Below, one piece after another: positions 52,592 to 64,000 of a DNA stretch of 64,000 nucleotides (position 1 is its first letter; each line of letters begins with the position of its first letter). The stretch spans positions 41,788,001 through 41,852,000 of the forward strand of contig OX597819.1 in the NCBI GenBank assembly GCA_951406725.2, written 5' to 3'. The notes beneath the pieces were generated by a model. It was not told the DNA's origin. It did not search any database and saw nothing but the letters and a program-made list of their open reading frames with translations. The translations under genes were made by a program, and so were the position numbers. The DNA comes from Octopus vulgaris (lineage: Eukaryota).

Positions 52592-53672
52592 ATTGATTGA
52601 TTCTAGTTTCAGCTCATGAGCTGTGGCCATGCTGGGACACCGCCATTTGGTGTTGCTACATGATTTTACTTCACGAATGCTTTTTGGCAACTGCCATTTG
52701 GTGCATGAGAGAGTTCGATGCAGCTGCCCTCATCTGCATATATATATATATGCATATATATATACACATATATATATATGCATATAAGTAAATAAACATA
52801 TACATATCAGTAAATAAGTTGAACGTAGATGTTAATAACACCTGCGTTCAAGTCCATTTACTTATACTATACCATTTACTGCACATTAGCGACCTATTCA
52901 AAGGTAGAAACTCCAGGTTAATGTGCAGTAAATTGCATGGAGCTGAATGCAGGTGTTAATAACACCTGCGTTCAACTCCATTTATTTACCAATCATCATC
53001 ATCATCATCATCGTTTAACGTCCGCTTTCCATGCTAGCATGGGTTGGACGGTTCAACTGGGGTCTGGCAAGCCCGAAGGCTGCACCAGGCCAGTCAGATC
53101 TGGCAGTGTTTCTACAGCTGGATGCCCATCCTAACGCCAACCACTCCGAGAGTGTAGTGGGTGATTTTATGTGCCACCGACACAGGTGCCAGACGAGGCT
53201 GGCAGACGGTCACGCTCGAATGGTGTTTTTTATGTGCCACCGACACAGGTGCCAGACGAGGCTGGCAGACGGCCACGCTCAGATGGTGTTTTTTTATGTG
53301 CCACCGACACAGGTGCCAGACGAAGCTGGCGAACGGCTACGATCGGATGGTGTTTGTTACGTGCCCACAGCACGGGGCCAGTCGATGCGGTACTGGCTAC
53401 GGTCCCGTTCGGATGGTTTTCTTATGTGCCACCGGCACTGGTACCACAAGGATACAAATTCCATTGATGTTCATCTATTTGATTTGATTCGATTTGACTT
53501 GACTTTCACTTGCCTCAACAGGTCTTCACAAGTATCACAAGCAGGAAGGTATGCACAGGTGGACTGACTACGTCCCAGGTAGTGGCCATGGGTTATGGCT
53601 TCACTAGTCTTGCTGGGTCTTCTCACGTACAGCATACTTCCATAGGTCTCGGTCTCTAGTCATTTCCATGGT

Positions 53673-53718
<46 letters not shown>

Positions 53719-53747
53719 TACTTATATATATATACATATATATATAT

Positions 53748-55498
53748 CATTACCATTACGATTCTGCAATTTAAATTCCCAATTCAACTTACTTCTTCTT
53801 CAATTTCAACTCCCGGTCGATGCCCGCAGCAAGTTCTTAAAAATTTATCTTACTATTTTTATTCGTTGTTACTATGTTTATTCATACATTGATAACTTGA
53901 TTCGTCTTACCCATCGAAAATTTACGAAAATTTAACCATTTAGGCTACTTTCAAGCCTTTGCCATAACTTGATTTATCTTTCCTATCTCTCTCTCTACAA
54001 AATTTAACCTTAGGCTACCTCAAGCCGTAATCCCATCTTTTCCCTTCTTTCCGCCATTGGCGGTCTTTCCTCCTCTTCTTCTTCTTATGCTAAAACTTGA
54101 AAATCGCCATTACCATTACGATTCTGCAATTTAAATTCCCAATTCAACTTACTTCTTCAATTTCAACTCCCGGTCGATGCCCGCAGCAAGTTCTTAAAAA
54201 TTTATCTTACTATTTTTATTCGTTGTTACTACGTTTATTCATACATTGATAACTTGATTCGTCTTACCCATCGAAAATTTACGAAAATTTAACCTTTTAG
54301 GCTACTTTCAAGCCTTCGCCATAACTTGATTTATCTTTCCTATCTCTCTCTCTACAAAATTTAACCTTAGGCTACCTCAAGCCGTAATCCCATCTTTTCC
54401 CTTCTTTCCGCCATTGGCGGTCTTTCCTCCTCTTCTTCTTCTTATGCTAAAACTTGAAAATCGCCATTACCATTACGATTCTGCAATTTAAATTCCCAAT
54501 TCAACTTACTTCTTCAATTTCAACTCCCGGTCGATGCCCGCAGCAAGTTCTTAAAAATTTATCTTACTATTTTTATTCGTTGTTACTACGTTTATTCATA
54601 CATTGATAACTTGATTCGTCTTACCCATCGAAAATTTACGAAAATTTAACCTTTTAGGCTACTTTCAAGCCTTCGCCATAACTTGATTTATCTTTCCTAT
54701 CTCTCTCTCTACAAAATTTAACCTTAGGCTACCTCAAGCCGTAATCCCATCTTTTCCCTTCTTTCCGCCATTGGCGGTCTTTCCTCCTCTTCTTCTTCTT
54801 ATGCTAAAACTTGAAAATCGCCATTACCATTACGATTCTGCAATTTAAATTCCCAATTCAACTTACTTCTTCTTCAATTTCAACTCCCGGTCGATGCCCG
54901 CAGCAAGTTCTTAAAAATTTATCTTACTATTTTTATTCGTTGTTACTACGTTTATTCATACATTGATAACTTGATTCGTCTTATCCATCGAAAATTTACG
55001 AAAATTTAACCTTTTAGGCTACTTTCAAGCCTTCGCCATAACTTGATTTATCTTTCCTATCTCTCTCTCTACAAAATTTAACCTTAGGCTACCTCAAGCC
55101 GTAATCCCATCTTTTCCCTTCTTTCCGCCATTGGCGGTCTTTCCTCCTCTTCTTCTTCTTATGCTAAAACTTGAAAATCGCCATTACCATTACGATTCTG
55201 CAATTTAAATTCCCAATTCAACTTACTTCTTCTTCAATTTCAACTCCCGGTCGATGCCCGCAGCAAGTTCTTAAAAATTTATCTTACTATTTTTATTCGT
55301 TGTTACTACGTTTATTCATACATTGATAACTTGATTCGTCTTACCCATCGAAAATTTACGAAAATTTAACCTTTTAGGCTACTTTCAAGCCTTCGCCATA
55401 ACTTGATTTATCTTTCCTATCTCTCTCTCTACAAAATTTAACCTTAGGCTACCTCAAGCCGTAATCCCATCTTTTCCCTTCTTTCCGCCATTGGCGGT
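53748..55498. repeat. Highly homogeneous satellite, unit 357/360 bp, about 4.9 copies
   Basis: CATTACCATTACG starts at 53748, 54108, 54465, 54822 and 55182; units differ mainly by one CTT. Confidence 0.97.
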
Positions 55499-55910
55499 GC
55501 GCCCACCCCCCACCCCCACCACCAATACCGATGAACACTGTTCTCACCCCCACCACCAATACCGGTGAACACTGTTCTCACCGCCACCACCAATACCGGT
55601 GAACACTGTTCTCACCCCCACCACCAATACCAGTATACCCTGTTCTCACCATCTACACCGGATACGCCCTACTCATCTACACCGGGTACGCCCTACTCCC
55701 TCCTCCTCCCCCCACTATCCCTTTCCTCATATGCTTTCACTGTGAAAAGACAAGCTGCTAGCGCCATAGCTCATCAACTGCCCACCGATCTTACGCTTCC
55801 TCCTGACACTGCCTCAATCCGACCATCCCCTTTTAGTACCCTCCCGCCTCGTAATATCCTACGTTTTTATTTCTTAGGAACCTACACCAACCCTTCCTGC
55901 CATCGTTCCT

Positions 55911-55947
55911 CCTTACCCTAACCCTAACCCTAACCCTAACCCCAACC
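55911..55947 (-). repeat. Short interstitial telomeric (TTAGGG)n tract
   Basis: CCTTA-(CCCTAA)4-CCCCAACC. Confidence 0.8.
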
Positions 55948-56361
55948 TTCCCCACTGGTTGCTCCCCTATATTACCCGCCTCAACTGGACCCAGACCCGG
56001 GCTGCTTTCTGCAGCAATTCCACATACCCCCTACCCATTCTAAGTACCCCGGATCCCCAAAGTACCCTGGATCCCCAAAGTACCCCGATCCCCAAAGTAC
56101 CCCGGACCTCGTTGCCCCCGTGCCGCTGACACGTTAAAATGCTCGAACCGATCGTGACGATGCCGGACCCTCCGGCCCCTGTGCAGGTGGCACGTAAAAA
56201 GCACCCAATCCACTCACGGAGTGGTTGGCGTTAGGAAGGGCATCCAGCCGTAGAAACTCTGCCAGATTCAGACTGGAGCCTGGAGCGGCCCCTGGCTTCC
56301 CAGACCCGGTCAAACCGTCCAACCCGTGCTAGCGCGGAAAGCGGACGTTAAACGATGATGA

Positions 56362-56411
<50 letters not shown>

Positions 56412-56561
56412 GTATATATATATATATATACATGTATATATATGTATGTATATATATGTATATATATGTATGTATGTATGTATATATATATGTATGTATA
56501 TATATGTATATATATATATATATGTATGTATATATATATATATATATACACATATATACAT

Positions 56562-56619
<58 letters not shown>

Positions 56620-56658
56620 TATACATACATACATATATACATACATACATATATATAC

Positions 56659-56697
<39 letters not shown>

Positions 56698-57280
56698 CAT
56701 ACATACACACACACACATATATATATATATACATACATACATACATATACATACATATGTACATATATATAAATATACATATATATATACATATATATAT
56801 ATACATATGTACATATATATAAATATACATATATATATACATATATATATACATGTATATATACATATGTATATACATATATATATATACATATGTATAT
56901 ACATATATATATATATATACATATATATAGATACATATATATGCATACATTTATACATACACATGAATTTTGCTACCCTGGTAACTGTTTATTGAACTTT
57001 CCGTACTAACTGTAAACAAAGGATAATTCATTCATCCATTTATATTTTTTCTTCTCTAGTTTCAGCTCAGAGCTGTGGCCATGCTGATGCACTGCCGTTA
57101 AAGAGAGTACAGCAGGAATCGTCACCACTCCCTGCTGGAACCTCGAGGAGCTTTAGATGTTTTCGCACAATAAACACTCACAATGCCTGATCTGGGAATT
57201 GAAACCGCGATCCTACTGCCCTAACCACTGGGCCATTGCGCCTCCATATATATAAACATATATATATATATATATATATA

Positions 57281-60136
57281 TATCTGTAAATGTAATATGT
57301 GACAATTATTCGGTAGCCATGATAAAACTCTGAGTTTCGGATGCCGAGGTGGAAATCCATGCCGCCATCTCTTCAGTTATCTGACCATCGGAAAAATGCT
57401 ATGAAAAATAACCATTATACAAAGGGAAATTACTGTGTGATTGACCGTTACTAAGACAAAAGAGCTATTTGAATGACTGCTAAGTAAGAGAGTAAAGTAA
57501 GGGGGTAAAAAGTTCATAGTATTCGCGTAAGCGCGCCTGTTCATACCTACACATGTGCGTCCGCACACCCACGTGCGTACGCCTAAAGCTCTACATTCAT
57601 CCACCCTCACTTGAAAAACGTACACAGCCTCACTCCCATCCTTCGCCAAATGTATATGCATATACATACAAACCCCCCACACACATGCTCCATAAAGGTC
57701 ATACACACATCTACATACGCACAAGCACAAGAAAAAACAGGGTTAAGGGTAACAATACAGAAAAAAGGGATAAGGGAGTATACAAAGAGTAAACCACATC
57801 TATATACGCACATACCCACACACGTCTATATACGCATACACACATGCACACACAAAAAAGATTATACTTACGTCTAACACAAGACAAAACAGGGCTATGG
57901 GCAAAAATACAGGAAAAGGGGTAAAAACACTGAGTAAAATACGTCTATATATACACGTACTTGCATGCACGCACACACCTATATACACGCACTCACGCAC
58001 ATATTCACATCCGCACACAAAAGATTCCATATACACGTCTATATACACACAGGAAAATATGCAGGGTGGAAGGTAGAATACAGGAAAAAATTATGTGTAA
58101 AAAATATATAAGCAATAAACCTATAATCCAAAATCTCTATAAATATGTAAGGAATGTATGTATAAAAAATTTATAGAAAATATAAATAAAATAAAAAATA
58201 TAAGTAAAAGCTATAAAGAGATAAAAAGCTTGTGCATGGACACAATATAGAAAGCAAGTGCTATCTGTAGTCTCGGGGGGACCAAAAACATAACAAATAT
58301 TTGGCCACATATGAGCATGAACCGAAAAGTTCAGTCCTTGAATTCAGACATGTAGCAGGGTCTAAGCTGCTTTTCCAGATGAGCCATCTTTCCGTATCAC
58401 ATAGACCGCACTTTCCACTGCCGTTGGTGTAGGGTTTACACTTGGCTAAGATCTTCCAATGGATGTTGTAACTGACACCTTTATCTTGTAATGACCATAT
58501 ATGACTGGATAATTTGGTCGTTTTCCTTTTATCCCAGTACCCAAAGCTCAAGGTGTGATTATTGAACCTGGCCTTGAAATTGCCTTCTGTAAGGCCCACG
58601 TATTTCTTCGTCGAAACCGTGTCTTTAGTGGGTATAGAGTCCACAGTGGCTTCGTAAATGATGGTTTCAGACATGCAAGCTCCATTTAGCGGGCACAAAT
58701 TTTTATCCCTGCATGAACAGCTGGTTTCGTATTGTGATGTTTGTGTGTAGTGTGCGACTATATTTTTAAAATTGGTAATGGTTGACTGGAAAATGTCTAT
58801 CTATCAGTGCTAAGAAATACTTGCCTATATTGAACCATCTGGTTCACACATCCCTACTCACCCGAGGTGACCTCGGGTGAGTAGGGGTGTGTGAACCAGA
58901 TGGTTTTCCTATTCCTACGTTTCCTCTTCTTTATTGTTGGGCTGGTGGCAGGTGTATAGGTTATTTCCCCGCTAAAACCACTATCTTTTAGAGCCTTATT
59001 ATATACCGGGGCAACGCTTTTAAAAATGTCCTTATCTGAGGAGAGGCTAGAAATTCTCTTGCTAATGTTTTTAACTAAATTTTTAAATACTATAGGGGTA
59101 TGGCATGAACCTACATTAATATAACTAAGTCTATCATTGGGCTTCCTATAAGGCTTATAAATGTTCTTATTTACATCTAAGGATACATGTAGGAAATTGA
59201 TAACCATCAGGTTGGTGTCTGTATCTATACTAAGTCCAAGGGCTTTCATCAAATGAATTATGTCCTTCCTAAACCGATCCTGTGCTAGTCCATTGGTATT
59301 TGTGGTTAAGGTGAGGGTATCATCTTTGTAGATGGCGAAGTATACGTCAGGAAAGGTCTTGCCCAACGTATCAAGTAGAAATAATCCAATAAGATTGCAT
59401 ATGCCTGCTCCATCATATGACCCCATGCTCACATTGAAAGCACCCTCTGTGTTGGTAGCCTTAACCCACTCTGTGTTCTCACTGAAAAGTAAAGTCTTTC
59501 TAGCATGGAAGATTATATCCTTATCCTGTGTACTGATTTCTATGAAATTGCTTGCGAAGATGAGGGCTTTATCTAGCAGTTCTTTATGCCTCTATCTCTA
59601 AAGTGCTGCTAGATAAAGCCCTCACTGGTATGTGCGTATATAGGCGTGTGTGTGTGTGTGCAAAAGGGTATGTGCATATATACTCATTGTATACACCCTT
59701 ATGCCTATTTTCTGTATTGTTACCCGTAACCCTGTTTTTTTCTTGTGCTTGTGGTTATGTAGACGTGTGTATATATGCATATACATTTGGCGAAGGATGG
59801 GAGTGAGGCTGTGTACGTTTTTCAAGTGAGAGTGGATGAATGTAGAGCTTTAGGCATACGCATGTGGGTGTGCGGGCACACATGTGTAGGTATGAACAGG
59901 CGTGCTTACGCGAATACTATGAACTTTTACCCCCTTACTTAGTGGTTATTCGAATAGCTCTTTCGTCTTAATAATGGTCAATCACACAGTAATTCCTCTT
60001 TCTATAACGGTCATTTTTCATAGCATTTTTCCGATGACCAGATAACTGAAGAGATAGCAGCATGGATTTCCACCTCAGCATCCGAAACTTGGAGTTTTAT
60101 CATGCCTACCGAATGTCACATATTACATTTACAGAT
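57281..60136 (-). mobile_element. Penelope-like retroelement, 5'-truncated, with inverted pseudo-LTRs
   Basis: RT (FNVSMGSYDGA, YKDD, INFLHVSLD, YKPYRKPND...YINVGSCH; 58854-59432) and GIY-YIG (CPLNG.C...IIYEA...YVGLTEGNFKARFNNH...CGLC; 58261-58698). Terminal repeats 57281-57835 and 59625-60136 are inverted. Confidence 0.93.
57321..57381 (-). ncRNA. Hammerhead ribozyme in the Penelope 3' pseudo-LTR
   Basis: Minus strand: GAUAA-CUGAAGA-GAUG...CAUCC-GAAA-CUC(A)GAG-UU^UUAUC. Mirror copy at 60041-60101 (+). Confidence 0.75.
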
Positions 60137-60204
60137 AAATTCCTCTATTTACATAATATCGAGGTCTCTTCCTTTCTTTTGTTGTCTTACCATTTTTATC
60201 AATA

Positions 60205-60269
<65 letters not shown>

Positions 60270-60317
60270 TATATATATATACATATATATATACATATAT
60301 CTATATACATATATTTT

Positions 60318-62605
60318 TTCTCTCTAGTTTCAGCTCAGAGCTGCAGCCATGCTGATGCACTGTCGTTTTGCTACACTGTTATTACTGAGAGCCTCCTCCA
60401 ATATGTGGCACTTGATGAAGAATGGAGTTTGATATAGCTACCCTCAATTGCACCTCTTGCCGTGAGGTAGGTTCATCTGGGACTCTCAACAGGAAGAGGT
60501 CCAGCTTTGATTTAAAAACCCCTACATCTACTTTGTGCAAGTTGCTCAGACTCTTTGGGAGAATATTAAAAAGCTGAGGGGCCTTGAAACCCAGGTTGTT
60601 ACAGTAACTGGTCCTGAAGCGTGATGGTGTTACTGGGATCTTTGGCACTATGCAGTGTCGTCCCGTTCTGGCATTGGTGTAGCTTTCAATGCCAAAATTT
60701 GGCACAATTCCTTCCAGGATCTTACTGCATACCTCTCCTGTCTTCTCTCCAGGGAGTAGAGTCTTAGCAGTTTCAACCTTTCCCAGTAGCTGAACCATTG
60801 CAAAGAGACAATCTTCTTTATGAATCTTCTCTGGATTGCTTCAAGTCCGCTGTTAATTTCTCACTGGTGAGTGACCATAGCTGTGAGCAGTAATCCAGGT
60901 GGCGGAGGATGAATGTCCGCCAGAGGACCATCATCGTTTCCTTATCTCTGATTCTGAATGTTCTTAGGATCCATCCAGCCAGTCGTCTGCACTTTGTCGC
61001 CATCCTGGTAATGTGTACTTGGAAAGCAGTATCATCACTCATGCCGATACCCTGGTCCCTCACTAACTTAGGCTCTGGGATTGAAATTCCCTGTGGAGCA
61101 GTATACCCTGTAAGTTTCATATTCAGTTTTGGATGCTGGTAGCACAGGGCTTGGAATTTTTCAGCATTAAACTGCATATTATTATCCTCAGTCCGTCTGT
61201 AAATTGATTCCAACTCCTGCAGCAGGTGTGCAACATCGCTGGGGTTTTGTATTTTCTGCAAGACTTTCGTATCATCAGCATAGCTAATAAGGGTGGCTAT
61301 CCAGGCATTTGAGGGCATATCTGAGAGGGCCACTATAAAAAGCAGTGGTCCCAAGACATTGCCCTGTGGAACACCTCTCACTATTTGTGTGTTCATAGAG
61401 GTGGCTCCATTAGCCACTACTACCTGACTCCTATCTTTAAGGAAGTCATGTAACCACTCTCCAAGTTTTCCAGCTATGCCAAAGTCATGCAGTTTGTGGC
61501 ATATCATACCATGATCCACCTTGTCAAAAGCTTTCGCAAAATCAAGGTATATTACATCCACATTTGATTTGTTGAGTAACTGCCTCAACACCCAGTCATA
61601 AAGTTGTAAGAGCTGGGTCAGGCAGCTCCTACATGGTCGAAAACCATGCTGGGTATCACTCAGCAAGTTATTTTCTTCAAGGAATGCGATTAGTTTCCCT
61701 CTGAATCAGTTCCATGACTCTGCTGATGTGTGAAGTCAGAGAGATAGGCCTATAGTTTTTGGCATCTGCTCTACTTCCCCCTTTATGTATTAGGCATATT
61801 ATTCCCTCCTTCAGCTTACTTGGCAGTTTGCCATTTGTAAGAAAGCTCTGGAAGAGAATCTGGAGGGATTTTGCCAGGGCATGCTTACAGGATTTGAGGA
61901 GGATTGCTGGGAAACCATCAGGACCAGCAGCTGAGTTTGTATCCACTTCATCTATGGCTAGTAGTATATCTTCTTCACTAATGTCAATACATTCCATTGT
62001 AACTGCCTCGCTGGTTATAGGTGAGGCGGCAAAGAAGTCCATTGGCTCATTCACTTGTCTGTTTTCCAACGGGGTGGTAAAGACATTTTTGAACTGGTCA
62101 TTCAGTATCTCACTGATCTTAGTTGGACTGTCTGTGAGGGAGTCATCCTTTTGGAGGAGGGGTCCTATCTTGCAGTGTACTGAGGCTGTTTCTTTTGCGT
62201 AATGAAAGAAGGCCTTTGGGTTTGACTTAATGTTTTTTATAACCTAGGCTTCTTTGTCTGCTTTCTCCCTCACATAGGATTGTTGCAGCTGTTTTTCCAT
62301 CTCCATCAGTGTTGTTTTTAGGCGGGACGTTTCGCTACTTTTGGGATGTTGGTTGAGTCAATTTGCAACCTTAGTCCGTCGTCTCATGAGGATCTTCCTC
62401 TTCCTTGGAATCTTGTTCCTATTTGTTTTGGCCTTGTGCTCTGGGACATATTTCTGGCATATGGCTTGCACAAAAGACATGAAACATTCTAGTTTCATGT
62501 TAATGTCTGATGTGGAGAGACATTTCGGCCAGTCCTCTCTGAGGATCTCTTTTTGGATCGATTTCCAATCTGCTTTGTGGAAGTTCAGATTGGAGAGATT
62601 TCAGG
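60318..62605 (-). mobile_element. CR1/L2-like LINE, 5'-truncated and frameshifted
   Basis: AAGPDGFP, NYRPISLTSH, QHGFRPCRSCLTQL, YLDFAKAFDKVDH, GVPQGNVLGPLLF and YADD. Related to 49846-50697. Confidence 0.93.
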
Positions 62606-64000
62606 TGCTTCCTTTTATTCTAAATAAGAATTTTTACATTTTCCTTATCTTGTATTTCCCTTTGTACATTTATACACATATGCACAGAGACAACAAATAT
62701 CTAAAAACCTACATACCTAAATATAAACAGAAAGCAAATGAAGGAGACAAAAATAGTGTTTGGAGAAAGCAAGGAGAGTTTGCATTTCTATCTCTCTCCT
62801 TTTCTCTCCCTCTCTCCCTCTCCATATATATACATATATGCAAATATGTATGCATATAGTTATGTGAGTGTGTACACATGTATGTTTCTGTCTTCTTGTC
62901 TTGATATCACATCATTTTTGTTATTGAGTGTCATTCATTTCCAATATACAGCAAAAATATGGCTGGCCAACTACTTCAAAACAGCTACAGGTTGCTGACA
63001 GGAAGGGCATCAAACCTAAGAAAATCTGCCTCAAGTGTGGAGGCAGACTTTTTTGTATTTTGATAAGCAAAGCTTTCTCATATTGTGAGAAATATTTTAT
63101 TCATTCCATCCAAAACTATACTCTATATTCTATATACTTGCCCCTCAGCTTATCCTTACTTATAAATATTTAAAACCTGTTTACAATCATAAGGTACTCA
63201 CTCATTCAACTGATATAATCCTAATATATATTTATATTTTATAAGATTTAGATACCTTTTATACTTAATCACATTAGCTATTTAGATTATTCATCTAGTT
63301 CCTTTTCATTATCTTAATCTGTAATACTCTATTTTATATTTTTCTTTTCTCTTATTACTTATTTTTTCATAGAGGATATCTTTCAGCCAGTACAATTGTG
63401 AGCTATGATACTTGAGACTATGCATGTAGCCTTAAATCATTTTTATTGCTAAAAATTCTCATTCTAATTTTATATATACTTATATATACAACATAAGATA
63501 ATCGACAGGGTGACAAAGAAGCTTGTAAGAATTTCATTAGTTTACAACTTTTTCTGCTAAAAGATGAAATACACTCATGGTTCAGTGTTTCTCTATCACC
63601 CTATAGCTCTGATGAAGCTATAGGGTGCCACACAAGCACTCAACTTTGAGGGCATTGTACTTTATAGTAGAAATATCTGTAAACTAATGTAGATCATTAC
63701 ATGATTTCTTGTTTTCCAGTCATTTACTTAAATACTCTGAAGTCAACAAACACTTTTTCTGAAGCATATGTAAACTGAGTTCCAACACCAGTTCGTTAAT
63801 GTCAAAGTCTAAGTGAGTCTCTGTTGAAGAGCATAGGCTTGAAACATCAAAGACATCTCCTATTTTCCAGAGCATCAAATTTATACCTTATTTATTGTTC
63901 CCTCACCTGTCTCTGTCTTTTGTTTTGTTCTTTTTTTTTTTTGTACATTTGAACCATATATATACATATATATAAAACACAAGGTAAAAGGGATTAAGAA

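Noticed and set aside
52865-52932. Hairpin containing ACCU/AGGU and GAAAC...GUU as a hammerhead
   Set aside because: It lacks the CUGANGA segment; recorded only as a hairpin.
53748-55498. Satellite as a coding tandem repeat (unit lengths are multiples of 3) or a CRISPR-like array
   Set aside because: No long ORF spans the units, the frames I checked contain stops, and there are no unique spacers.

Overview
AT-rich, repeat-dense eukaryotic DNA. The SINE families, (AT)n load and TTAGGG repeats suggest an octopus or other coleoid cephalopod (inference). The one host gene I can support is a spliced dual oxidase maturation factor (DUOXA/NIP/moladietz-like) gene on +, with 8 coding exons (16843-35447, about 395 aa), assembled by hand from GT-AG sites with consistent phases. 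The rest is transposon-derived: two tRNA-head SINE families, Tx1/L1-like, HERO-type, RTE and CR1/L2-like LINE remnants, Penelope-like elements (RT + GIY-YIG), a MULE transposase relic, mariner/piggyBac/Merlin-type MITEs, a non-autonomous Helitron, two satellites and large (AT)n fields. The main result is a cluster of about 9 minimal type I hammerhead ribozyme motifs from at least 6 different sequence families in 38.8-60.1 kb. Most have palindromic stem III, some have core variants or very long stem II, and several lie in long fold-back palindromes flanked by (TA)n. Also notable: both SINE families share 3' tails with LINEs present in the window, and a Tx1-like LINE and a SINE have inserted at the same site in SINE heads. 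All calls are by eye; TE boundaries are approximate unless a TSD or TIR is quoted.
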